The position numbers and the translations under genes were made by a program. DNA of 63,043 nucleotides, the filler included, from Octopus bimaculoides (Eukaryota), in assembly GCF_001194135.2 (NCBI RefSeq). It is 7 parts of 7 records of this genome, joined end to end, with 100 filler letters (N's around TTAATTAATTAA, not from the genome) between each part and the next. Parts side by side here need not be neighbours in the genome. Positions count along the whole stretch, not along the records: positions 1 to 12,263 come from NC_068983.1; positions 12,364 to 16,222 come from NW_026302928.1; 5 more parts are not named here. One strand, given 5' to 3'. Shown here in pieces: positions 1 through 13,157 of this stretch; position 1 is the first letter of the stretch, and each line of letters starts with the position of its first letter. Below the pieces are notes generated by a model, which had not been told where the DNA came from, searched no databases, and worked only from the letters and a program-made list of their open reading frames with translations.

Positions 1-32
<32 letters not shown>

Positions 33-42
33 TATATATATG

Positions 43-86
<44 letters not shown>

Positions 87-106
87 CATATATATATGTG
101 CATATA

Positions 107-140
<34 letters not shown>

Positions 141-529
141 CGAATATATATACATACATGAATATATACATACACGCACTCGCACACAAAGACACACACA
201 CACACACGCAAACTAAGGAACGTACAAGCGTACAAGCGCACCAAAATACCTACACCCATATAATAATAAAATAATTACTTTCTTCTAAAGTATTATTTCG
301 TGTTACGGCTTACACATATTCTAAAGAAAAGACAGTAATTGTGTTTTATTGAAATTATTATAGTACATAATGTTATCGATGTGGAGATGAAAAAAGAAAA
401 AAATATGATTTATTTTTGTATTATAATTGAGCACTTGATGCTATCATGTGCGATAACTTTATTTGATGCGGCCAAAAATCACGGCCCACCAACATCACTA
501 CCACCACCGCCAACACAGCCAGCAATATA

Positions 530-578
<49 letters not shown>

Positions 579-2213
579 TTACGTTCATAAAAATATATAT
601 ATATATATATATATAACAGAATACTAATAACATACTTTTAATAATTATTATAGCGTAACTGATTTGTTGGAAATTAGGCAAAAAGCCAAAAATTTTGAGA
701 AGAGCGGGCTGGTCGATACTTTCCCTCGTAATGTTTGTTTCGTGTTTTATTTTATGGAGCTATAATAGATAAAGGACAAAGTTGGTCTCAAGTGGTCCGT
801 AGACATCAGAAAAACGATACCAAAAGAAAAGATCGGTGCAGTTCAAACCTTAAAATGATATATCAAGCTGTGACAACACTTACAGAAACGATAATGATAT
901 CGGTTTGGATTTAGGCGCGATGACATAAATTGTAGTGGATTATAAGAAACCTAGCACTTGACTGATACTTTATTTTAGTAACGCTGAAAGAGTGAAATCC
1001 AAAAGTGGACCTCGGCGTTATTCGACATTAGCAAGTAAAGTGCTGGAAAAAATGCAGCTAAACATTTTGTCAAATGCTCTACTTGTCTAGAACTTGATCT
1101 TGTGTTAAAACTTCATTCACGGTGCAACACTTTCTTCTATCTGTCATTGAGAGAATCAAGACCATTTCATAACACGTCAACGTGAAAAACATAATACTGT
1201 ACTTCTGAAAAATAATCTATGAACGAATTCTATTAGGGAAACAATTCAAAATAAAAGGGTCTATAATTGCTTCAGAGTTTCGTTAAATGGGACGTTAAGC
1301 TATAGTTATGTCAAACATAACTCATTTTAAGCCAGGTTAATCCCGTCGAAATTTTGAGGATATTTATATAAATAGCGATATCAAACAAACGGAAGCATTC
1401 AGTTAACCTTTATTGCAGTAAATAAACCACATGAAACTGTTCTCAACCAAAGACAGTGGGCCAATATGGGTTAAATAGATGCAAAAGATTCAATGCACAA
1501 CCTTGTTTACTATTTTTTGTGAAACAAAATGCGGTGTCGCACGTAATATAAAACGTTCATATGAAAGTCGCATACATTTAAGTGCAGAGGAAAGTATCTA
1601 TAATAAACAATCATCATTATTGTGCACTCAGGAATGCCCATTTAAGTATCTCCTGAACAATTTTCTATATGTAGTATCGCAGTGCAACAATCAGTAACAA
1701 CCATTTCACAGGGAAGTTCATTTACGGAACGGCTGATCTTTAGAATTTTTGTTTCAGATCGTAGTGATAATATTCATAATTGTAGGCTTCCGAAGCTCTG
1801 AAACAGGTGCAAAAAACTGCTATTCAAAATCGAGTGCGTATTTGGTAGAACTGAATTCTTTAGTTTGGGATGTGTAGTGATGACCAATTTTGGGATTGTC
1901 TATTATCTTGTCTAGTGTTCCTACATTATGCGTTCAATGCCGGGGAGATAAGTGAAGAGGTAGCCGTGTTGTAGGCAAAATACTCCTGTGTTGGCAATTA
2001 GTGCTGTTGTGGGTGTGGATATAATATGGGTTACTGAAATTCAGTGAGTTGGTTTGATATTAGTTCTATTGAATTATTCAGTTATTGAAGGGGAAGAAAA
2101 AGAGTAGCGGTTGTTCCTTCGAGAAAAGTTGGTAGTTGTAACAGCAACAGCAGTAATGGCAGTCGACGTGGTAGGCGTATTAGAGGTAGCAGCAGTAAAG
2201 AAGACGAAGACGC

Positions 2214-2287
2214 AGAAGAAGAAGAAGAAGAAGAAGAAGAAGAAGAAGAAGAAGAAGAAGAAGAAGAAGAAGAAGAAGAAGAAGAAG
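2214..2287. repeat. (GAA)n microsatellite, representative of dozens of (TA)n, (CA)n, (TAGA)n, (TATG)n, (TAA)n, (GAT)n and (GGT)n tracts
   Basis: Directly visible. Confidence 0.95.
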
Positions 2288-2891
2288 GGGATGATGATGA
2301 TGATCATGATGATGTTGGTGGTGGTGGCTATATAATATTTGGTTTCCATAGTGATAAAGTTGCTGATTGAAAAGAACAAAACATTAGCATCCCTAGTAAA
2401 TGGATAAAGTAACTTAAAGTCAATGAGGTCAATCTAAAGTAGGGGTTATCGCTGTTTTTCGTTCTGTTGTAGCTGCTACTAAACTGTAGCAGTAGACAAT
2501 ATTACCAGTTGTGTTTTTTTTTTGTTTTTGTATTTTATTTTATTTTTCTTTATATTGTCTTCTTGAATGGAGATGAAAGAAAATAGAAATCTGTTTTAGA
2601 ATATTTTTAAAGTGTATTGTTGACTGATAATTTGAACGTAGTACAGTTTTGACGCCAATGTCATTGAAACATGACTCGAGCTGTAACCTCCTCCCTCTTA
2701 AAGGAAAGAAACGTATACCGATTATCAATTCCAGTCTCGGTTCACTTACTTTTATTACGTGCTTTCTTCGCCTCGAAGTGAAGATTCTTAGGGATATACT
2801 CCTAGGAAACGTCCGTTTATTTATATACGTGTTTATTATACTTGTCTTTGGCCTAATTCTGCGGTAGTTAATATAATTACTGATTTCTTAA

Positions 2892-3298
2892 AGGCGTGGC
2901 GGTGTGATAAGAAGCCTGCTTGCCAGCCATATGATTCCAGATTCAGTCCCACTGCTTTGAAACTTGGGACTTCTATAATAACTTCGTGAATGGATTCGGT
3001 AGACGGAAACTGAAAGAATCCCGTCGTATATATATATGGTTCCGGGTTCAGTACCACTGCGTGGCATCTTGGGCAAGTGTCTTCTACTATAGCCTCGGGC
3101 CGACCAAAGCCTTGTGAGTGGATTTGGTAGACGGAAACTGAAAGAAGCCCGTCGAATATGTGTATATGTATATATATGTATGTCTGTGTTTGTCCCCCCA
3201 CCGTCACTTGACAACCGATGCTGGTGTGTTTACGTCCCCGTCACTTAACGGTTCGGCAAAAGAGACCGATAGAATAAGTACTAGGCTTACAGGGAATA
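2892..3298 (+). mobile_element. SINE family 1 (tRNA-like head; partial older head followed by a younger copy)
   Basis: Shared blocks GGTTCAGTCCCACTGCGTGGCA, GATTTGGTAGACGGAAACTGAAAGAAGCCCGTCG and GATGCTGGTGTGTTTACGTCCCCG recur more than 10 times in the window. Confidence 0.85.
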
Positions 3299-4769
3299 NN
3301 NNNNNNNNNNNNNNNNNNNNNNNNNNNNNNNNNNNNNNNNNNNNNNNNNNNNNNNNNNNNNNNNNNNNNNNNNNNNNNNNNNNNNNNNNNNNNNNNNNNN
3401 NNNNNNNNNNNNNNNNNNNNNNNNNNNNNNNNNNNNNNNNNNNNNNNNNNNNNNNNNNNNNNNNNNNNNNNNNNNNNNNNNNNNNNNNNNNNNNNNNNNN
3501 NNNNNNNNNNNNNNNNNNNNNNNNNNNNNNNNNNNNNNNNNNNNNNNNNNNNNNNNNNNNNNNNNNNNNNNNNNNNNNNNNNNNNNNNNNNNNNNNNNNN
3601 NNNNNNNNNNNNNNNNNNNNNNNNNNNNNNNGTGTATATATTAGAAAAATAAGACAACGTAGAAAATACTAAAATAATGTTATCATGAAGAACATTTTAG
3701 TACCAGTTTCAGTCTTTGCGACTCTTTCAACTGAGAGTAAAGCATGCAAATTAACTGAATTGTGGAACAATTAAATGAAATGTTCTTTTTTTTTTATTAT
3801 TTCTATACTTTTCAAATGCAAAGGACTTTTTCTTTTTTTCTGTCGCCTCTGTCTCTTTTTTACTCTTGTGAGTTTGCGTGATCATTGGTGATCATNNNNN
3901 NNNNNTAATGTGTTAATGTACCCGCACATATATATATATATGCTTGGTGATCATTTTAATGTGTTAATGTACCCGCACGCAATCACACAAAGACCTTAAA
4001 GAATCGGTCAAAATATGTCGTGCTAAGTAGTTACGTCTCTATTTTAGATTTAAATTCTTCTGTCTGCATTTCGCTTTTCCTTTTACCTTGATCAGGTAAG
4101 TGATATTCTTCATAACGTGTTATCCTTCGCATTGAAACCGACTATAATATTTAAGGTGGAATCATATAAATGCATTAAAATCCGTTGTCCGAAGCAAGTA
4201 CTTGAATAGCAGATAGGAAACCTAGACGAGTACGTTAGTAACATAATATTATTCGTTCTGTGGTAGAAATTATTGATTCCCGATGTCATCTCTCAGCAAA
4301 ACAGCAAATATATCTGGAATATATATGTGAGTTATTTATGCACAAACATTTATTCTGATTGCATATGCATTTTTCTTCCGATATTCTAAGTTAATATTCA
4401 CCATTTTTTTCAGTTTCGAGATTAATTATTATTTTTTTTTTTACTTAACCAAGAAACATACACTTCAGTTCGCTGTGAGTGTGCTACTGTTTCGCGTAAC
4501 TTAGTCTATTTTCTATGATAATTTTTGTACTTTCATCAGGATTGCATCCCCACCCTCCCCAAAAATAATAATGATCATCGTCATTTAGAGGACGGCGAAG
4601 AAAGCAGCGAGGACGACGATGACCCGGATAACGGTGACCACCACTAACAGCACCACAATGATGATGATGATGTTGATGATGAAATAAAGTAAATGTTTCG
4701 CTGGCGATGATGTATATTCCAGGTTCTGCCAACAACTTATCTTACACACGCTTTAAAATTAATTTCTCT

Positions 4770-5161
4770 AGAGCTGGTAGAACCGCTGGTACGCAAGACG
4801 AAATGCTTAGCAGTATTTTACTTGCCCATAGGTTCTCAGTTCAAATTTCACCGAGGTCGACTTTGCTTTTCATTCTTTTAGGATCGATTAATTATGTACT
4901 ATTTGCGTACTGGGGTCGATCTAACCGAGTGCCCCCTCAAAAATTTCGGGCCTTGTGCCTACAGTAGAGGAGATTATTATTATCATTATTACGGTTATGA
5001 CGGCGACCTGGAAGAGTCGTTAGCGTCGCTACGTTCTGAGGTCGTCTTTGCGTTTCATCGGTTCGGAGTCGATAAATTGAGTACCAGTAAAATACTGAAG
5101 TCGAGGAAACTGACTTAAGCCCTCTCCCAAAATGGCTGCCCTTGTGGAAAAAATTTCAAAC

Positions 5162-5218
<57 letters not shown>
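4770..5218 (+). mobile_element. SINE family 2, two tandem copies with (TTA)n tail
   Basis: tRNA-like head with GTTC(T)GAGTTCAAATT, body CGAGGTCGACTTTGC(C)TTTCAT...GGTCGATAAA...AGTACCAG. Other copies at about 10372-10545, 40660-40830, 44280-44526, 44870-45040, 46820-47010, 49075-49550, 51010-51205 and 60603-60812. Confidence 0.8.
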
Positions 5219-5292
5219 TGTCGTCGTTACCCCGATTCGCTGCGGTGAACTTCACCTTTCATCCTTTCAGTGTTGTTAAAATAAAGTCGTGA

Positions 5293-5600
5293 AACTCCGT
5301 CGGTTACGACGACAAGGGTTCCAGTTGATCCGATCAAGGGAGCAGCTTGCTCGTGAAATTAGCGTGCAAGTGGCTGAGCCTCCACAGACGCGTGTACGGT
5401 TAACGTAGTTCTCGGAGAGATTCAGCGTGACACAGAGTGTGACAAGCATTGCTATTTGAAATACAGGTACAAGAGAAACAGGAAAGAAGAGTGAGAGAAA
5501 GTTGTGGTGAAAGAGTACAGCAGGGTTCGCCCCCATCTGCCGGAGCCTCGTGGAGCTTTAGATATTTTTGCTCAATAAACACTGGGGCATTGCGCCTCCA
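5293..5600 (-). mobile_element. SINE family 3
   Basis: Shared block AAAGCTCCACGAGGCTCCGGCAG...CTGCTGTACTCTTTCACC...GGATCAACTGGAACCCT. Confidence 0.85.
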
Positions 5601-5910
5601 CTAAAATAAAGTACCAGTTCAGCAATGGGATTATTGAAATCGACTCCTCATCCTCCCAACCCAAGTTGCTGGTATTGTCATGAAACCAGAAAGGATCATT
5701 ATCATTCCGGCTCGTTACCGTAAGTTCCAATCTCGCTGAGATCAAGTTTCCATTTCCTCTCTCGAAGATCTATCAAATATAAAGCTCCGTTCAAATATTA
5801 CTTCTGGAAATTGTCGTCATTATGGGAAAATAAAAAAAATATAAACCTTAATTTTCGTTCCCATGTCTGTATTTATATGAATATAATTTTATATAATAAA
5901 CACTCACAAC

Positions 5911-6195
5911 GAAACACCTAAAGCTCCACGAGGCTCCGGCAGGGGATGGTGGTGAATCCTGCTGTACTCTTTCACCCCTTTCTCTCACTCTTACTTCCTG
6001 TTTCTGTTGTGCCTGTAATTCAAAGGGTCAGCCTTGTCAGACTGTGTCACGCTGAATATCCCCGAGAACTATGTTAAGGGTACACGTGTCTGTGGAGTGC
6101 TCAGCTACTTGCACGTTAATTTCACGAGCCGGCTGTTTCGTTGATCGGATCAACTGGAACCCTCGACGTCGTAAGCGACAGAATGCCAACAATAA
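5911..6195 (+). mobile_element. SINE family 3 (inverted relative to 5293-5600)
   Basis: Same block on the plus strand, ending ...GAATGCCAACAA. Confidence 0.85.
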
Positions 6196-6443
6196 TTTTA
6201 TATGTATGTGCGTGTGTATATGCATGTATGCAAGTATTCGTGTGTTGAATTTTAAGTTAGCGAAATCAACAATCCAACAAAGTTATGGAGTATTAACCAA
6301 TGCGTTTAGTCATTTGCAATCAACTTCCATAATGCGCATAGCGAAACGAATGCATTATATTAGTAGCCTCAGTGCAATGTAATGTTTTACGTTTTTTCCC
6401 ATCATTGAAGATGGTTTTAAAACTATAGTTTGCATAAGGCGCA

Positions 6444-6968
6444 GGCGCAGGAGTGGCTGTGTGGTAAGTAGCTTGCTTACAAACCACATGATTCCGGGTT
6501 CAGTCCCACTTCGTGGCACCTTGGACAGGTGCCTTCTACTATAGCCTCGAGTTGACTAAAGCCTTGTGAGTGGATTTGGCAGACGGAAACTGAAAGAAGC
6601 CCGTCGTATATATATGTGTGTTTGTGTGTGCGTTTGTCCCACCCCAACATCGCTTGACAACCGATGCTGGTGTGTTTACGTNNNNNNNNNNGAGTGGATT
6701 TGGCAGACGGAAACTGAAAGAAGCCCGTCGTATATATGTATCTGTATATATATGTGTGTTTGTGTGTGCGTTTGTCCCACCCCCAACATCGCTTGACAAC
6801 CGATGCTGGTGTGTTTACGTCCCCGTAACTTTGCGGTTCGGTAAAAGAGACCGATAGAATAAGAACTAGGCTTACAAAGAATAAGTCCTGGGGTCGATTT
6901 GCTCGATTAAGGCGGGGCTCCATCATGGCCGCAGTCAAATATCTGAAACAAGTAAAAGAGTAAAAGAG
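6444..6968 (+). mobile_element. SINE family 1, essentially full-length copy
   Basis: Head GGCGCAGGAGTGGCTGTGTGGTAAG through tail GAAACAAGTAAAAGAG. Internal duplication around a 10-N gap. Confidence 0.9.
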
Positions 6969-7496
6969 TATAATATGCACCTATTAAATATTTGTGGTTA
7001 GTCTGTTGTAAAACAAATATATGTTACCAGCACCGTTATCTCTTTGAACAGCAGAGTTTATATCCAGCAATCTACAATAAAACTACAGGGGCTTAAATAG
7101 GGATTAAGGATGGTGTTTTATGCTACACTTTTGTTTAACCGTTTTGCTTACTGTAGATTGAATGGAAATACAGTGTAGGGAATTTTGAGTATCTACTGTG
7201 CGTAGGATGTACATATACAACCTCTACAACATGAAAAATTTAAAATAAATGAAAAATAATAACTCAGTGAAATTTATTAGAAAACCACTTTTATTAGAGA
7301 CATCGAAACTCTTCCACACAAGCTCCATTTGTTGCACGCAACAGATCTAGACAATACTATTATTATAATAAGCTATGGAAGTTGTAAAGATAATTTATGA
7401 ACACCCTTTATTTCACGTCATGCACAGAATACATAATACGTTTTATATTTGAGAGGAATAAGATATTCAGAAAAACATGCAAATACACACACCACA

Positions 7497-7569
<73 letters not shown>

Positions 7570-9954
7570 AAACGCGAGCATACAGATCCATAAGCATAAA
7601 AACATACACACACACATTTCCAAAGGCACACACATACATTAAAACATACATTTGCAAATATTTTATCGCTATTCTTAAGAACATTTATTATTTTCGAGGG
7701 CCTTGCAGACGGTTTTTACATCAGATATCCAAAGTCTAATGATATCTGGACTTAGATCTGAAGCGAGCGAGTGCTAGTAATGAGTATGCTACGGTCAATT
7801 TATTGTAGGGAGGCGAGAGAGGATTTATCTTGTAATAAAACTTATTTTACAGTCTTTCTTTAAATTCCTGTTTCAAGTTAGGTTTCTTATTCCGTTGTTT
7901 TCTACTATAAATTTTTCGCTTCTTTTCTTATTTCATCTTCTGTTACATTACAGGGTCAAAGTATATAACATTCTCCATTCATTGATATATCAACAGATAA
8001 TAAATGATATGGAGTTTGCATATGATTATTAAGAGGGCGGAGGAGAAGAAAACACAAAGACGTATTTAAAACCTCTTCAGAAAATAGATAAGAACCAAAA
8101 TAATAAACAGTGTGTAGGCAGCTTTTCCGGACTATAAAGTTCGTAGTATATCTTGGCAGCACATAAACAGTCAGCTTACACACCCTGTAGTAAAACAAAT
8201 CTCATATTGGTTTATTGATAGCTATATATTTCTTATATTGTTAATCAGTGGCGGCATTCCAAAAAGCCTCCTTTTCTAAATGACCTTTTAAACCCTTTTT
8301 TCTTTTCTATGATTCATATCAATATTTCGTTTCTCCTCCTCTTTAGATTTCTTCTTATAATGACAATGTTATCCTGTTAAGCGAGACAAGTGTAGGTTAG
8401 ATCTGTTTCTATTATATTTATTTGCCTTTTGTTTCCTTTTCAAACGACTTATATTCTTTTCTGCACTAAAAATATATAACGAAATTTTCGAAAAGTTTCA
8501 GGAAAAGAAATGAATACCAGGAGACGAATAGAAAACTTAAACTCACGAAATAATTTTGAGAACTCATGTTCAAGGACATTTGATAAAGGGCAACAACAAC
8601 AAGATAAAATAAGAACGTGTTTTCTCGCAAAAATAACAATATTCCTAGAACCATCAGCAAAATATTAACCATCAACCCTTCATACAGCCACCGAACCAGT
8701 TCCGACATGATGTAAGTAAGTGAAAAAAATATAAGATTCATCCTCAATATCAACCTTAGAGAAATTACTAATTCTGCGTTAATCCATCCACTTTCTCTAC
8801 TTACAATTCCTGGGAGAGTATTCAGGCACCTCCTCCGTAAGGTCCTATCAGAAGTAACCGGCTTCTCTAGATTCCAAAACGTGACCGAGACTGCATTTTA
8901 TCTATCCATTTCGTTCTTGGGGATCTTTTCTTCAATTTTTGTCCCATTTCATTTCATATTTGGTGTTTTGATGCAGCTTTGTAAAATAGTCATTGACATG
9001 AAATTCATTTTTGCCATAAATCAATGAATAGCTTTTAAAGGTAGGAAATGTTGTTAATGGCTTTTAAAGGTGGGAAATTTTGAGTAATTTTAGCCACTCG
9101 AAAGGTAAAGACATATAGGTGCCTGTTTCCTATGGTAACAAGCTCAGCTGTTAGTATGCTGCTTACCACGTGTTCTTTTTGTCGCTTATTAAGACACATT
9201 TGGTATGAAGTGATCATGAGATGTGTTACAAATATCAGCTAAATAGGCCTTAAATCACTCACCAATTTCTCTTTAGTGGTTTTTGCATAATCATAGGAAT
9301 TCCAATGTATAAAATACAAATTCGCAAAAATGTTCATAAAAAATTCCCCAAAATGAAAAATGTTATGGGGAGTTATATGGCGTGCGTAAAGCAGAATTCC
9401 GCCAATATTTCATTTGTCTAGAGTTGACAACACGTGCTATTACGCACAAAATGATAGCTTCGAAATCTTATTTTCTAATTGGGCAAAAATTATCAAAATT
9501 TTAATCCTCTGTAACATCTTTCAAAATTTTTTCTGACAAAAGCGAATTACCTCTTGAGATTCAGCGTTGAAAATTACATCGATACACCAAATTTTATAAT
9601 TTTTACTGAACTTTAAAATTTCCACAGGTACAACCAAACTTAGTCGATCCCGTTCTTGGTCTACCTATAGTTCTCTCATTTAGTGACTCGGCTTGAAGAA
9701 TCGTCAGCTGTTCATTCGTATGTCATACTAATTACATGCCCATAGTGCCAGAGCTGTGACATCACAATGTTTAGATGTGGTGATTCAAATTAGAAAGACA
9801 GTCTGATCTTTTATCTGCGCAACCTATGGAGTCAAGTTACCTCAGAGATTCTTCGGTGGAAGCCAATTTTGGCCGCTTGTATTCACAATCATACTTTTTA
9901 GATCATTACTATAGTAACACAACTACTGGTAATACAAATTTTGGCACAAAGCCA

Positions 9955-10371
9955 CCGTGCTGGATTAACCACTAAATCAAAATAAGCACGTGCTTAGGGC
10001 ATCGACGGTAGGAGGACATACCGCAGAAATGGTAAATGGTTTACGGCACAAAAGGAATCATTTGCTAAAATAATATTCAGGATGCCTCTACCTGTACTAA
10101 GTATAGATACAGATGTGTTACATAAGATTAATTGTGAGGATCTGATGAAAAACTTTGCAATTTAAAAAAGAAGGAAGACACTTTTCAAATATAAATAAAG
10201 TGGAAGTATTCACAAATAAACATTATTTTCCCTCTTACTGTTTTGTTTCGTTTTGAAAACTAAAAGTTTGTTTTATGTTTATTTGTTTATATTTTGAATT
10301 ACATAATCTTTTATGGGGGCACCAAAATCTTTTAAGTGCTTAGGGCCTCGATGGGTTTTAATCCAGCCCTG
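9955..10371. mobile_element. hAT-type MITE (417 bp) inserted in a SINE
   Basis: TIRs CCGTGCTGGATTAA / TTAATCCAGCCCTG. 8-bp TSD CAAAGCCA (9947-9954) / CGAAGCCA (10372-10379). Subterminal repeat TGCTTAGGGC at both ends. Confidence 0.8.
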
Positions 10372-11603
10372 CGAAGCCAGCAAGTACGAGACAAGTAATA
10401 AGTATATTCTATCAACTCCAGTGATTCACTGGTACTTATTTTATCGACCCTGAAAGGATAAAAGACAAAGTCGACATCTACGGTTATTTAAACCCAGAAC
10501 CTAAAGAAAGACGAAATGTCGTTTAGCATTTTGCCAGATCGCCTCCTTAGCGGAAATACAAATATTAACATTGTCTTAAATATGGTATGAATAATTAGGA
10601 GGATTGACTACATGATGTTTCTCCCTGTCACAAACAACAGCTAAAATAAAAATGGTCGAAACAACAGCATCCCTTATTTAATATCATAAGAAGCGTCCAT
10701 CAATAACATTTGATGTCGCTACAAAGACCAACGTTGTATCAGTAATAGCGTCTGAAAGAAACCTTTGTGTTAGGACAATATATAAGTAAATAGACAAATA
10801 AAAGATCCAAAACTCGTATAACATAATAAATAGCACAGCTGCTACAATAAGAAATCATCGCTGTAAAAATATTCATCAACACCAACTCTATAATTGCAAA
10901 TGGCAACCACACGTTGTCACACACAGACTGCAAAACAGACAAATGTTTTGTCTGTATTTGGTAAATTTACACACAAAGAAGCGCAGGCACAGCCCCACAC
11001 ACACACATACAAAGGAGCACAGGCACACACACACACACACACACAAGGAGCACTGGAACAGCTATACACAGACTCATACACATATGCAAACATGTATACA
11101 TACAAATATCTCCTTGTATCTATCTATCTATCTATCTATGTATCTATGTTATCGAACTGCCAATCTATCTTATGTATATATCTATCGATGTAGCCTACCC
11201 ATCTACCTACCTACCTACCTACCTACCTACTAACCTAAGTACCTAAGTAACTCACTCTATATCTATCTATCTATCTATCTATGTAAGTCTGTCTGTCTGT
11301 TTCTCTCTCTCTCCATACACACAGACATACACATATGTTATGAATTTATTTTCTTTCTTATGTTTTTTTCTTATGGCTGGCTTTCTCAATCCTTTCTATA
11401 AAAGGATGTGTGGAAGAATATTGTTTGTATGCTTCGATTTCCATTGAATAGAAGAAATTTGGATCAATGCTTCTGTCAATTAACATTGCTATTAAGAAGG
11501 CATTTCAAACCAAATCTTCTTACACTTGTCAATAACAACTCACAAGTTTTATTGATTTCTAAAACCACATCCATATACATATGTATGTATTTATGTATGC
11601 ATC

Positions 11604-11685
<82 letters not shown>

Positions 11686-12363
11686 TATATATGTTCTTCC
11701 TTTCAGTTTTTCTCTCCTACCTTTACCTATTCTTCTCCTCTCCCCTTCACCGTTCTCTCCTCTGTCTCTCTCTCTCACTCTACCTTCTTGGCTCTCTCGT
11801 TGCTCACACGTGACTAACGGCCATTTCTCTTTCTTCCACTTCCTTCCTAAAGACAAGACGTGCATTTTTCTGTCTCTTCTTCAAGCTCACCACTTCATAT
11901 CGTCGTGGCTTAACAGCTCTTATCGTCTGTTCTTACTGTTTTGTTCTCACTGTCCTGTTTTTGTTACCACTTTCACCGTCCACAAAAAATCTCAAATTGC
12001 TTTGCAAGAAGGACTGTTTTAACGAAATCGCGTTTTATCCTTACCTTCGAAACACGGAGTAGATAAAACAGGGGAAAACTGATGAAGGGAATGTACTTAA
12101 TGTTGCATGTCTCGTTTCTCTGTTTGTTCGTCTTTTTTTCGTTGTTCGAAAAAATATTCGTTTTCTATGTTTTTGCTTCTTATGTTCTCGTTCCTAATTT
12201 TGTCCACGGTTTTTGTTGTCCTGTATCCATATATGCACACACACACACACACACACACACACANNNNNNNNNNNNNNNNNNNNNNNNNNNNNNNNNNNNN
12301 NNNNNNNTTAATTAATTAANNNNNNNNNNNNNNNNNNNNNNNNNNNNNNNNNNNNNNNNNNNN

Positions 12364-12619
12364 GAAGCCCGTCGTATATATGTATATACATGTGTGTGTG
12401 TGTGTTTGTGTGTCTGTGTTTGTCCCCCCCCCCAACATCGCTTGACGACCAATGCTGGTGTGTTTACGTCCCCGTAACTTAGCGGTTCGGCAAAACAGAC
12501 CGATAGAATAAGTACTAGGCTTACAAAGAATAAGTCCTGGAGTCGATTTCTTCGACTAAAAGGTGGTGCTCCAGCATGGCCGCAGTCAAATGACTGAAAC
12601 AAGTAAAGGAGTAAAAGAG
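12364..12619 (+). mobile_element. SINE family 1, 3' part
   Basis: Same shared blocks and tail as 6444-6968. Confidence 0.85.
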
Positions 12620-12761
12620 TATACAAGATGGAGCGTGTGATGCATTAATAAGTGTTAATGTGTAGTAGAAGGCATTCTAAAAGATGGAAGTTCAATTCCA
12701 AGGTGAACCTATCAGCAATAACAAGAACAACCACATCAAATTTTAATATTTCTAGAAATAT

Positions 12762-12857
12762 TTATTTGTCAAAATGAAAGAAAGCAAAAGATTGAAGTCC
12801 AGGAATAATTCCAAAAACCATCAAAGAATTTTCTGAAACATCCAAACCAAGAACTTG
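12762..12857 (-). pseudogene. Duplicated C-terminal fragment of the propeller gene (QVLGLDVSENSLMVFGIIPGLQSFAFFHFDK*)
   Basis: Direct copy of 13158-13253, offset 396 bp, with the same frame and stop position. Similarity continues about 75 bp into the 3' flank (12685-12761 vs 13090-13157). An in-frame stop lies just upstream. Confidence 0.8.
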
Positions 12858-13157
12858 GATAATTTACATTACACTACTTTGTAATTGACAACTTTGTGGT
12901 CTGATAGCCAAGTTCGTAAGAGGAGCTTACTATGATAGCTGCAGGTTTCTCTGAATCTACACCTTATACTATTCAATTATATATAAAAGCAGAGATAAAA
13001 ATCTACTAGCATACACTACATACATACCGAACGAGAGACTGTGTTGAAGAATGCTACAGCAATTGTTAGGCAGAGTGCAATGTAAACGGTGCAGGTTCGA
13101 TTCCCAGGTGAACCCAGTAACAATATCAACAACAACGTATTACATTTATGAAAATAC

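Noticed and set aside
6561-6820. Direct duplications flanking short gaps (also about 3880-3980 and 19650-20160)
   Set aside because: Near-identical sequence on either side of N runs is typical of unmerged contig overlaps.
8466-8950. Possible Tc1-like fragment (RTLRRR..., FSKVDIEDES)
   Set aside because: Motifs are in different frames and too short; no TIRs found.
12030-12110. Hammerhead-like cores (CCTTCGAAAC...CTGATGAAGG; also 3701-3733 and about 56485-56510)
   Set aside because: Stems I and III cannot be formed or core bases are mutated; at most decayed Penelope-like termini.
12308-12319. Palindromic TTAATTAATTAA recurring six times
   Set aside because: Always centred in a 44N-12-44N block; a synthetic gap linker with stops in all six frames.
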